A stretch of DNA of 55,470 bases from the NCBI GenBank assembly GCA_964649795.1, contig CAZYQY010000001.1:11711-67180 (forward strand), read 5' to 3'. This stretch comes from an uncultured Candidatus Saccharibacteria bacterium. Its GTDB lineage: Bacteria; Patescibacteriota; Minisyncoccia; Portnoybacterales; UBA2143. Under the pieces are notes generated by a model. It had not been told where the DNA came from and did not search any database. It saw only the letters and a list, made by a program, of their open reading frames with translations. This document shows, in pieces, positions 46,859 to 54,934 of this stretch; position 1 is the first letter of the stretch, and every line of letters begins with the position of its first letter. The translations under genes and the position numbers were made by a program.

Positions 46859-46920
46859 ATTACAGTTATTTATCCACATAAGGTCTTTGATTAATAGAGG
46901 AATTGTTTTATACTTAAATT

Positions 46921-47340
46921 ATGGTTTATTATAAGAAAATTATTCTTTTATTTTGTATATTTTCTATTATCTTATTAGGAGCTAATTTTGCCTATGCTGG
47001 AATACACAAAGGACCAATAGTTCCCTGTGGCACCGATACTAATTCAGAGGCATGTACTCTTTGTCATCTCTGGGAATTAGCAAGCAATATAATTAATTTT
47101 ATTAGTTTTAATTTATCTCTGCCCGTAGCAGTGCTTTTATTTATTGTTGCTGGCATACTTTTTATTATTGCAGGCAGTGACGAGAAAAAAGTTGATTTGG
47201 CTAAAACAATTTTTAAGAATACAGTTATTGGTTTGGTAATTATTTTCTGCAGCTGGCTCTTAATTGATACTTTATTCAAAACTCTTGTTGATACTAATGT
47301 AATTACATGGGCTTGGAATGATTTTCCTACTTGTCAGTAG
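46921..47340 (+). CDS. small Cys-containing two-TM protein, TrbC/VirB2-like pilin candidate
   Basis: Signal peptide 'FAYAG', 'CGTDTNSEACTLCHL' and two TM helices. Confidence 0.4.
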   Translation: MVYYKKIILLFCIFSIILLGANFAYAGIHKGPIVPCGTDTNSEACTLCHLWELASNIINFISFNLSLPVAVLLFIVAGILFIIAGSDEKKVDLAKTIFKNTVIGLVIIFCSWLLIDTLFKTLVDTNVITWAWNDFPTCQ

Positions 47341-47354
47341 TAGGATATAAAGCT

Positions 47355-49382
47355 ATGGACAAGCAAGAAGCCAATAATAGAATAGCCAAATTAAGAAAAG
47401 TTATTAATCGCCATAATTATTGCTATCATGTGTTGGATAAGCCAGATATATCTGACGCTGTTTTTGATTCTTTAAAACATGAATTATATAAATTAGAACA
47501 GCAATATCCAGATTTGATTACTTTAGATTCTCCAACCCAGAGGGTTAGCGGCAAAGCCTTAGACAAATTTGAAAAAGTCAGACATAAAGAACGCATGCTT
47601 TCATTAGAAGATGTTTTTTATAAAGAAGAATTAAAAGCTTGGCAAGAACGAATTCAAAAAATAGTTCCTAAACATAAAATAGATTACTTTACTGAATTAA
47701 AAATAGACGGCTTTGCTATTTCTTTAATTTATGAAAATGGCGTTTTTGTCCAAGGAGCAACTCGAGGCAATGGACAAATTGGTGAAAATGTTACTCAGAA
47801 TTTGAAAACAATTGCTTCTATACCTTTAAAATTAGAAATTCATGGAAAAGCGCTATTATACATGCTTACAAAAGTTAAATCTTTATTAAAAAAAGGAAGG
47901 ATAGAAATCCGTGGGGAAGTGTATATGACTAAATCTGTATTTGAAAAAATTAACCAGGGAAGAGAAAAACAAAATTTGCCTCTTTATGCCAATCCTCGCA
48001 ATACAGCTGCTGGCAGCATTAGACAGCTTAATCCGAAAATAGCTGCTTCCCGTGAATTAGAATTTTTAGCTTATAACATAGTAACTGATTTTGGCCAAGA
48101 AACCCATCAACAAGAGCACCAAATCCTAAAATCTTTAGGTTTTAAAACGAGCATAGATGAGTATTGCAATAATTTAGACAAAGTTATTGATTTCTGGCAG
48201 AAAATTAAGCGAATCAGAAAAAAATTACCATATCAAATTGATGGAATAGTAAATAATGTTAATAATAATAAGATTTTTGATAAATTAGGCGTTGTTGGCA
48301 AAGCGCCTCGAGGAGCAATTGCTTTTAAATTTCCTGCTAAAGAAGCTGCTACAATAGTAGAAGACATTTTAATTCAAATAGGCCGGACTGGCGTTTTAAC
48401 GCCAGTGGCTCATTTAAGACCAGTTCGTTTGGGAGGTATTTTAATAACTCGAGCTACTCTTCACAATGAGGACGAAATAAAACGCTTGGATGTTAGAATA
48501 AACGATACAGTAATTGTTCAGAGGGCTGGTGATGTAATTCCTGACATAGTTAAAGTAATCAAGAAATTACGCACAGGCAAAGAGAAAAAGTTTCTAATGC
48601 CTAAAAAATGTCCTGTTTGCAATAGTCCTATTGTGAGGCCAGCCGGAGAATCAGCTCATCGTTGCACTAATAAAAAATGCGGTTCTATCCAAAGACAAAA
48701 AATTATCCATTTTGCCTCTAAAAAGGGTTTTGAGATTGACGGATTAGGTCCTAAAATAATTAGTCAGTTAATGGACCAAGGATTGCTTTCCAGCCCTGTT
48801 GATCTTTTTTCTTTAAAGCAGGGCGATTTGATTAATTTAGAACGTTTTGCTGAAAAATCAGCCAGCAATTTAATTGAAGCAATTAAGAAAAGTAAAAAAA
48901 TTTCATTTTCCAGATTTATCTTTGCTTTAGGTATTCGTCATATTGGCGAAGAAACAGCCATTGTTTTGGCAAAACACTTTGGCAGCTTAAAAAAACTGCG
49001 TGAAGCAGACAATGAAGAACTTCCTGAAATTGAAGATGTAGGAGAAATTGTTGCTAAAAGTATTCATCAGTGGTTTAATGATAATAAGAATAAGGAAATT
49101 ATTAATAGTCTTATCAGATTAGGAGTAGAGATTAGAAAAGTAAAACCATTTAAACAAAAACTAAAAGGGAAAACATTTGTTTTGACTGGAGAATTGGACA
49201 GCATAACCAGGGAACAGGCCAAGACAAAAATTAGACAATTAAGCGGCAATATTTCCAGTTCTGTGTCCAAACAAACTGATTTTGTTATAGCAGGGAAAGA
49301 ACCTGGCTCTAAATACAATAAAGCAAAGAAACTGGGAATAAAAATCATTAATGAGAAAGAATTCTTAAAAAAAATAAGATAA
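47355..49382 (+). CDS. ligA: NAD-dependent DNA ligase
   Basis: 'ELKIDGFAIS', zinc finger 'CPVCNSPI..CTNKKC' and a BRCT C-terminus. Start moved to MDKQEAN. Confidence 0.95.
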   Translation: MDKQEANNRIAKLRKVINRHNYCYHVLDKPDISDAVFDSLKHELYKLEQQYPDLITLDSPTQRVSGKALDKFEKVRHKERMLSLEDVFYKEELKAWQERIQKIVPKHKIDYFTELKIDGFAISLIYENGVFVQGATRGNGQIGENVTQNLKTIASIPLKLEIHGKALLYMLTKVKSLLKKGRIEIRGEVYMTKSVFEKINQGREKQNLPLYANPRNTAAGSIRQLNPKIAASRELEFLAYNIVTDFGQETHQQEHQILKSLGFKTSIDEYCNNLDKVIDFWQKIKRIRKKLPYQIDGIVNNVNNNKIFDKLGVVGKAPRGAIAFKFPAKEAATIVEDILIQIGRTGVLTPVAHLRPVRLGGILITRATLHNEDEIKRLDVRINDTVIVQRAGDVIPDIVKVIKKLRTGKEKKFLMPKKCPVCNSPIVRPAGESAHRCTNKKCGSIQRQKIIHFASKKGFEIDGLGPKIISQLMDQGLLSSPVDLFSLKQGDLINLERFAEKSASNLIEAIKKSKKISFSRFIFALGIRHIGEETAIVLAKHFGSLKKLREADNEELPEIEDVGEIVAKSIHQWFNDNKNKEIINSLIRLGVEIRKVKPFKQKLKGKTFVLTGELDSITREQAKTKIRQLSGNISSSVSKQTDFVIAGKEPGSKYNKAKKLGIKIINEKEFLKKIR

Positions 49383-49398
49383 AATTGAAACTATTAAT

Positions 49399-49677
49399 AT
49401 GATTAATATTGATAATATATCTAAATTAGCCAGATTAGGATTATCTGATAAGGAAAAAAACAAGCTTAAAAAAGAAATTCCAGCTATTTTGGATTTTGTT
49501 AATAAATTAAATGAGATTAAAACAGATAAAATCGAGCCAACTGCTCAAGTAACTGGCTTGGAAAATGTAGTGCGAGAAGATAAAGCACAAAAAAGAACTA
49601 AACAAGAAGCAAAAAAACTACTAGATTTGGCTCCTGAAACTAAAGACGGCTACGTAAAAGTCAAAGCAGTGTTATGA
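49399..49677 (+). CDS. gatC: Asp/Glu-tRNA amidotransferase subunit C
   Basis: 'ISKLARLGLSDKE' and position before gatA. Confidence 0.85.
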   Translation: MINIDNISKLARLGLSDKEKNKLKKEIPAILDFVNKLNEIKTDKIEPTAQVTGLENVVREDKAQKRTKQEAKKLLDLAPETKDGYVKVKAVL

Positions 49678-51092
49678 ATAAATTAACGATTAAACAAGCT
49701 CATCATGGCTTAGTTAAAAAAGAATTTTCATCAGTTGAATTAACAGAAGCGGTTTTAAACAGAATAAAAAAACAGGATAAAGAAATCCATGCTTATTTGA
49801 CTGTAAGTGAAGAATTGGCTTTGAACCAGGCAAAGAGAATAGATAAAAAAATTGCTAATAAAGAAAAAATCAGTACCCTATCAGGAATTCCTGTGGCTGT
49901 TAAAGATATTATTTCAGTTGAAGGAGTTAAATGTACAGCTGGTTCAAAAATTCTAGAGAATTATATTGCTTCCTATGACGCTACAGTAATTAAACGGCTT
50001 AAAAAAGCAGGAGCAGTAATTGTTGGCAAGACCAATCAAGATGAATTTGGCATGGGCGCTTCAGGTGAAAACTCTGGTTTTGGACCAACTAAGAATCCAT
50101 TTGACTTAGAAAGGGTGCCTGGTGGAAGCTCAAGCGGTTCAGCAGCTGCTTTGGCCTCTAACCAATGTATTTATGCTTTGGGCTCTGATACTGGAGGTTC
50201 AGTTCGCCAGCCGTCTTCTTTTTGCGGAGTTATCGGTTTAAAACCAACTTATGGACGGGTTTCCCGTTATGGTTTAATTGCTTTTGCTTCTTCATTAGAT
50301 CAAATTGGCCCTATAACCAAAACAGCTGAAGACGCTCAAATAGTTTTTGAAACTATTAAAGGAAAAGACGAAATGGATTCAACCAGCATAGATTTTGAAG
50401 AAGAAAACAGAGAAGAAAAATTAGAAGTTAAAAATTTAAAAATAGGCATTCCTAAGGAATATTTTATTAAAGGGATTGATCCAGAAGTGGAAAAAATAGT
50501 CAAAAAAGCTGTTGACCAATACAAGGGGAAAGGAGCTGAAATTATAGAAATTAGTTTGCCTCATACAGAATACGCTTTATCTGTTTATTATATTATCATG
50601 CCGGCTGAAGCTTCTGCTAATTTATCCCGATATGACAGCATTAAATATGGATTTTCAATAAAAGGAGAAAATCTTTTGGATAGCTATTTTAAAACTCGCG
50701 AACAGGGTTTTGGCGATGAGGTTAAAAGAAGAATTATGATAGGAACTTATGTATTATCAGCTGGATATTATGATGCTTATTATCTTAAAGCTCAAAAAGT
50801 AAGGACTTTAATTAAAGATGATTTTGATAAAGCATTTGGAAAAGTAGATGTTTTAATGACGCCAACTGCGCCAACACCAGCTTTTAAGTTGGGAGAGAAA
50901 ATAGATGATCCAGTTTCTATGTATCTTTCAGATATTTATACGGTTTCAGCTAATTTAGCTGGCATACCAGCTGTTTCTGTTCCTTGTGGAAAAATTGACG
51001 GTTTGCCAGTAGGATTGCAAATTATTGGCAAGCAATTTGATGATGAAAAAATTCTTCAAATAGCTCAAATTTATGAGAACAGCTTTTTATAA
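49674..51092 (+). CDS. gatA: Asp/Glu-tRNA amidotransferase subunit A
   Basis: Amidase signature 'GGSSSGSAAALA' and 'GSDTGGSVRQP'. Confidence 0.95.
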   Translation: MNKLTIKQAHHGLVKKEFSSVELTEAVLNRIKKQDKEIHAYLTVSEELALNQAKRIDKKIANKEKISTLSGIPVAVKDIISVEGVKCTAGSKILENYIASYDATVIKRLKKAGAVIVGKTNQDEFGMGASGENSGFGPTKNPFDLERVPGGSSSGSAAALASNQCIYALGSDTGGSVRQPSSFCGVIGLKPTYGRVSRYGLIAFASSLDQIGPITKTAEDAQIVFETIKGKDEMDSTSIDFEEENREEKLEVKNLKIGIPKEYFIKGIDPEVEKIVKKAVDQYKGKGAEIIEISLPHTEYALSVYYIIMPAEASANLSRYDSIKYGFSIKGENLLDSYFKTREQGFGDEVKRRIMIGTYVLSAGYYDAYYLKAQKVRTLIKDDFDKAFGKVDVLMTPTAPTPAFKLGEKIDDPVSMYLSDIYTVSANLAGIPAVSVPCGKIDGLPVGLQIIGKQFDDEKILQIAQIYENSFL

Positions 51093-51606
51093 AATTCAAG
51101 ATTTTCTAATTACTTATTTTAATTCTGCTGATTGGCAAAATAGTATTTCAATTTTGAAGATTATTTCAGTAATTTTTTCTTTTTTACTATTGGTAGCTAT
51201 AATTCTTATTATTTTCAAAATCAGAGAAAATATCCAGAGATCTTTAGAAATAGTCAAAAAAAACATTGGTCCTGATATTCCGCCTAAAGAAGCAACAAAC
51301 AAAAAATGGCAGACAATTTTGGATAAATTAGAAGGTATTAATGAAAGCGATTATAAATTAGCTGTTATTGAAGCAGATAAAATTTTAGATGATTTCTTAA
51401 AGAGATTAGGATATCAAGGCGAAGATATGGGGGAGAGGTTAAAACAGATTAAATTTGATAAATTAGCCAATATTGATGATCTTTGGCAAGCGCATAAAGT
51501 ACGGAACAGAATTGCTCATGAGCCGGATTTCCAATTAACACAAACTCAAGCAAAAAGAACTATAGAAATTTACCAGCGCGCTTTAGAAGATTTAGAAACG
51601 CTTTAA
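51073..51606 (+). CDS. hypothetical membrane-anchored protein
   Basis: ORF with one TM segment 'ILKIISVIFSFLLLVAIILIIF'. Confidence 0.5.
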   Translation: MRTAFYKIQDFLITYFNSADWQNSISILKIISVIFSFLLLVAIILIIFKIRENIQRSLEIVKKNIGPDIPPKEATNKKWQTILDKLEGINESDYKLAVIEADKILDDFLKRLGYQGEDMGERLKQIKFDKLANIDDLWQAHKVRNRIAHEPDFQLTQTQAKRTIEIYQRALEDLETL

Positions 51607-51625
51607 GATTTTTTGAAACAAAAAA

Positions 51626-51655
51626 AACAGCCCATTTATATGGGTTGTTTTTTAT
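51626..51655 (+). terminator. Rho-independent terminator
   Basis: aacagcccat-ttat-atgggttgtt followed by a T-run. Confidence 0.8.
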
Positions 51656-51801
51656 TCACGGATTACTCGGGACACCAAGAAAACTTTTAGGGAATTAGTT
51701 GGAAAAATTTATTAGATTTTTCGAAGTCATAAGCTTGACTTTTTAAATTATTTTAGTTAGTATTCGAGAAATAGTTATTTTAAAAGAAGGAGGGAAAAGC
51801 A

Positions 51802-52308
51802 ATGAGAGAGGAACGCTTGATTAAAGAAGCAAGTCCTTGCGATACTGATTTTACAGACAAATCAGTTCAGACTATATCAGATGCGAAGGCGAGAGGGCGA
51901 GTTCTTTGTCCGAATCATGCCGTGTGTAAAGAACGAAATGCCAAAGAGACGATTTATTGTTCTCGTCAAATTGCCCAGCAATTTGCCATTCATACTTTGA
52001 ACAACCGCAATCCTTTTCATCAGGCTGCTCAAGAAGAAGTGAAAGACCTTATGAACGAATTGCCGGACGGAAAGATTTGGGTATTTCGAAACGAGCAATG
52101 GCAAGTTGTCGACATGAGAAACAATGTTATAAACGACATCGTCCAATTCGCGCTTACCATGATTGATCGACAAGAAGGCGAGCGTCGGCCCTTCACAAAA
52201 GACAGCATGAGAGTTCCGGAGCTGGGGCCCAGTGATGCGATGTACAATGCCATGCTTGATCTCGACGAAATATACGGCGAAGTCGGACAGAAAAACCCAT
52301 ATTGGTAA
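51802..52308 (+). CDS. orphan hypothetical protein, visibly G+C-richer than its surroundings
   Basis: Strong RBS 'aaggaggg', its own promoter-like TTGACT..TAGTAT and its own terminator. Codons such as CGG, GCG and GAC are rare elsewhere in the window. Confidence 0.6.
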   Translation: MREERLIKEASPCDTDFTDKSVQTISDAKARGRVLCPNHAVCKERNAKETIYCSRQIAQQFAIHTLNNRNPFHQAAQEEVKDLMNELPDGKIWVFRNEQWQVVDMRNNVINDIVQFALTMIDRQEGERRPFTKDSMRVPELGPSDAMYNAMLDLDEIYGEVGQKNPYW

Positions 52309-52340
52309 TTATTCTGATTTGTTCTTCTGTGACAAAACAA

Positions 52341-52378
52341 AAGCCCACTAGTTATAAGATATACTAGGGGCTTTTTCT
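52341..52378 (+). terminator. Rho-independent terminator
   Basis: aagcccactagt..actaggggctt followed by a T-run. Confidence 0.7.
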
Positions 52379-52483
52379 TTTTCAAATCTATCAAAATATC
52401 TACAAATCTGTACAAATACAAAAACCCGCCAGAGGCGGACACTGATTTTTATTTCCAAATCAGAGATTTGGATAAAAATCGTG

Positions 52484-52557
52484 CGGGAGCGACCGGACTC
52501 GAACCGGCAACCTTCTGCGTGACAGGCAGATGCTCTGACCAATTGAGCTACACCCCC
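52484..52557 (-). tRNA. tRNA-Asp (anticodon GTC)
   Basis: The minus strand reads GGGGGTGTAGCTCAATTGGTCAGAGCATCTGCCTGTCACGCAGAAGGTTGCCGGTTCGAGTCCGGTCGCTCCCG. Confidence 0.85.
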
Positions 52558-52564
52558 TTTTTAG

Positions 52565-52637
52565 TAGCGGCGGAGGGATTTGAACCCCCGACCCATCGGT
52601 TATGATCCGATCGCTCTAACCACTGAGCTACGCCGCC
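52565..52637 (-). tRNA. tRNA with anticodon CAT, either elongator Met or Ile2 (lysidine type); not initiator-like
   Basis: The minus strand reads GGCGGCGTAGCTCAGTGGTTAGAGCGATCGGATCATAACCGATGGGTCGGGGGTTCAAATCCCTCCGCCGCTA. Confidence 0.8.
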
Positions 52638-52714
52638 GCAAAACTATTCTAAATCTTTGATTTAGTAAATAGTTTTAGCGTCCCGTAGTATTACGGGACA
52701 AAATCATATTCTTG

Positions 52715-52991
52715 TTGCGGGGGCCGGACTCGAACCGGCGACCTCGAGGTTCTTGCATATTAACCATTTATTTCTAAATGGAATGGACTATCCCATCTTC
52801 CCATTGCTAATAGTGGGAAGTTCCCATTATAGTCTCTGAACCTTGTCGTCTAAGACGACCTTGGCTGCTGATTACCGAGAAATAAATCTGACGGCTTCCC
52901 AGCAATTTAGAGAATTTTTCCACAGAATGTTGCCATCCTGGGCCACAATTTTACTTATGGGCCTCGCGAGCTGCCACTGCTCCACCCCGCA
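52715..52991 (-). tRNA. initiator-type tRNA(CAT) gene interrupted by a 205-nt intron after anticodon position 36
   Basis: Exon 1 (52957-52991) is TGCGGGGTGGAGCAGTGGCAGCTCGCGAGGCCCAT. Exon 2 (52715-52751) is AACCTCGAGGTCGCCGGTTCGAGTCCGGCCCCCGCAA. Joined, they form a cloverleaf with an A11:U24 pair and an fMet-like acceptor and T-arm. Confidence 0.8.
52752..52956 (-). other. group I intron (IC3-like, no ORF)
   Basis: The 5' splice site follows a U that can wobble-pair with the intron GUGG. The intron ends in G. The core reads 'CCAAGG-hairpin-AAGGTTCAGAGACTATAATGGG'. It is 205 nt long. Confidence 0.7.
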
Positions 52992-52996
52992 TTGCC

Positions 52997-53025
52997 ATTA
53001 TAGAGGATAATTTTGTTAATGGCAA
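52997..53025 (-). promoter_or_regulatory. promoter (TTGCCA, 17 nt spacer, TATAAT) for the minus-strand tRNA cluster
   Basis: The minus strand reads TTGCCAttaacaaaattatcctcTATAATggcaa, followed directly by the tRNA 5' end. Confidence 0.65.
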
Positions 53026-53084
53026 GGGTTATTTTCCCACATAAGATTGTTGCTTTGTCTCTTAAAATAAGGTAAAATAAGAAT

Positions 53085-53480
53085 ATGAATCTCTCGATAT
53101 ATCTAGCGGGGTTGGTTTTGACTACTTTTTTAGCCAGTGCCTGCTTTATAGCTATTCTAATTTATTTTAATCCGGATTCATCAACCTTACTCATTTTTAT
53201 CTTGTTTTATCTAAGTTTATTCATTAGTTCAGCAGGATTTTTTACCTTAATGGGCCTAATTATAAGATGGTTTTCTCAAAAAAAGATTCTTAGATTGCGT
53301 CCATCAATGAATAAAATTATTAGTGAGTTAGAAATTTCTTTTCGCCAAGGATTACTTTTATCAGTTATTTTAATCTCCGTTTTAATTTTACAAAGCCAGA
53401 GAGCATTAGCTTGGTGGTGCCTAATAATTTTAGTCGGCTTAGCTGGATTAATTGAATATTGGCTGGAGAGAAGATATTAA
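53085..53480 (+). CDS. hypothetical membrane protein (4 TM)
   Basis: Hydrophobic ORF immediately upstream of pheS. Confidence 0.5.
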   Translation: MNLSIYLAGLVLTTFLASACFIAILIYFNPDSSTLLIFILFYLSLFISSAGFFTLMGLIIRWFSQKKILRLRPSMNKIISELEISFRQGLLLSVILISVLILQSQRALAWWCLIILVGLAGLIEYWLERRY

Positions 53481-53483
53481 ATT

Positions 53484-54491
53484 ATGTTTTCTCAACTTAA
53501 ACAAAAATATATAAAAGAAATTTCTCAAGTTAAAAACTTGAAAGAGCTTGATGAAATTTATCATAAGTGTATTGGTCGCAAAGGAGAATTGACCAATATT
53601 TTGCGTTCTCTAAAAGATTTAAAAGAAAAAGAACAAAAACAAAAAGGCAAATTAGCTAATAATCTTAAGCAGGAAATAGAAATTTTATTTGAGAATAAGA
53701 AGTTAAAACTTACTAATAATCTGCCTTATCAGCAGACAAATTGGATTGATGTGACTGTTCCTGGCAAATTGCCTGATCAAGGACATTTGCATCCAATTAC
53801 TTTAGTTCAAGAAGAAATAGAAGATATTTTTCAATCAATGGGATTTTCTGTGCTTGATGGTCCAGAAATGGAAACCGAACATTATAATTTCGACGCTTTA
53901 AATATTCCTAAAAACCATCCAGCCAGAGATTTATGGGATACTTTCTGGTTAAAAAATATTAATTTATTGCTTCGTACTCACACTTCGCCAATGCAGGCTC
54001 GTTATATGGAGAAAAATCAACCGCCTTTGAGAATTATTGTTCCTGGCCGCTGTTTTCGCCATGAAGCAACAGATGCTTCGCATGAGACAACCTTTCATCA
54101 GATAGAAGGATTGATGATTGGCCAGAATATTTCCATGGCTAATTTAAAGGGCGTTTTGGAGGGATTTATGAAACGATTTTACGGACCGCAAGTCAAATTG
54201 CGATGGCAGCCGAGTTATTTCCCATTTACTGAGCCAGGATTAGAATTATTGATGGGTTGTAGTATCTGTGGAGGTAAGGGATGTTCTACTTGTGGGCAAA
54301 GTGGTTGGATAGAGGTAATTCCATGCGGTATGGTCCACCCTAATGTTTTTAAAGCGGCGGGCTATAATCCAAATAGATATCAAGGTTTTGCCTTTGGAAT
54401 GGGTTTAGATAGAATTGCTATGATGAAGTACAAAATTGATGATATTAGATTGTTTTATTCCAATGATTTAAGGTTTTTAAATCAGTTTTGA
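53484..54491 (+). CDS. pheS: phenylalanyl-tRNA synthetase alpha subunit
   Basis: 'HPARDLWDTF', 'FRHEATDASHETTFHQIEGL' and 'GFAFGMGLDRIAM'. Confidence 0.95.
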   Translation: MFSQLKQKYIKEISQVKNLKELDEIYHKCIGRKGELTNILRSLKDLKEKEQKQKGKLANNLKQEIEILFENKKLKLTNNLPYQQTNWIDVTVPGKLPDQGHLHPITLVQEEIEDIFQSMGFSVLDGPEMETEHYNFDALNIPKNHPARDLWDTFWLKNINLLLRTHTSPMQARYMEKNQPPLRIIVPGRCFRHEATDASHETTFHQIEGLMIGQNISMANLKGVLEGFMKRFYGPQVKLRWQPSYFPFTEPGLELLMGCSICGGKGCSTCGQSGWIEVIPCGMVHPNVFKAAGYNPNRYQGFAFGMGLDRIAMMKYKIDDIRLFYSNDLRFLNQF

Positions 54492-54583
54492 TAGTTTTTG
54501 TTAATGTGAAATGTAAGTTTATATAAAAGATATATTTAAAATCTACATGAATTTTTCAGATTCGCAAAAAAAAAATAAAAAAA

Positions 54584-54611
54584 GGGAAACGATAATATTT
54601 TGTCGTTTCCC
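54584..54611. terminator. bidirectional hairpin terminator between pheS and the convergent DUF397-like gene
   Basis: gggaaacga-taatattttg-tcgtttccc, with an A-run upstream that forms a T-run on the minus strand. Confidence 0.65.
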
Positions 54612-54640
54612 CGGTTTTGGAAAGTTTTCCGCCTATCTAG

Positions 54641-54841
54641 TTACAGATCGAATTCGCCAGATTTTACCCCCTTGATGAAAGCATTCCATTCGTTTTCGGT
54701 AAAGGTCAACGTGGTTTTTTTCGGATCTTTTGAATCTCTAACGACTATCACGCCATTTTTCTTGGCAGTCATGACGCAACCCATGGCGGGGTAGCTAAAG
54801 CTTGATTTACGGAAATTTCTGTCTAGAGAACTGTTCCCCAT
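54641..54841 (-). CDS. DUF397-family small protein
   Basis: 'FRKSSFS....GCV......VIVVRDSKDP....LTFTENEWNAFIKGVKSGEFD' matches the DUF397 pattern. Strong RBS 'aaggaggtg'. Start set at MGNSS. Confidence 0.7.
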   Translation of the reverse strand: MGNSSLDRNFRKSSFSYPAMGCVMTAKKNGVIVVRDSKDPKKTTLTFTENEWNAFIKGVKSGEFDL

Positions 54842-54934
54842 TTTATTCACCTCCTTTTAAAAGAACTATTTTAATACACGGAAGTTGTTTATATTGCACC
54901 TTAATTATAATATTATCAGAAGCATCTAATTTTG

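Noticed and set aside
52029-52442. 137-aa minus-strand ORF antisense to the G+C-richer orphan gene.
   Set aside because: The plus-strand ORF has a strong RBS, promoter and terminator. The antisense ORF runs through the terminator and has none of these signals.
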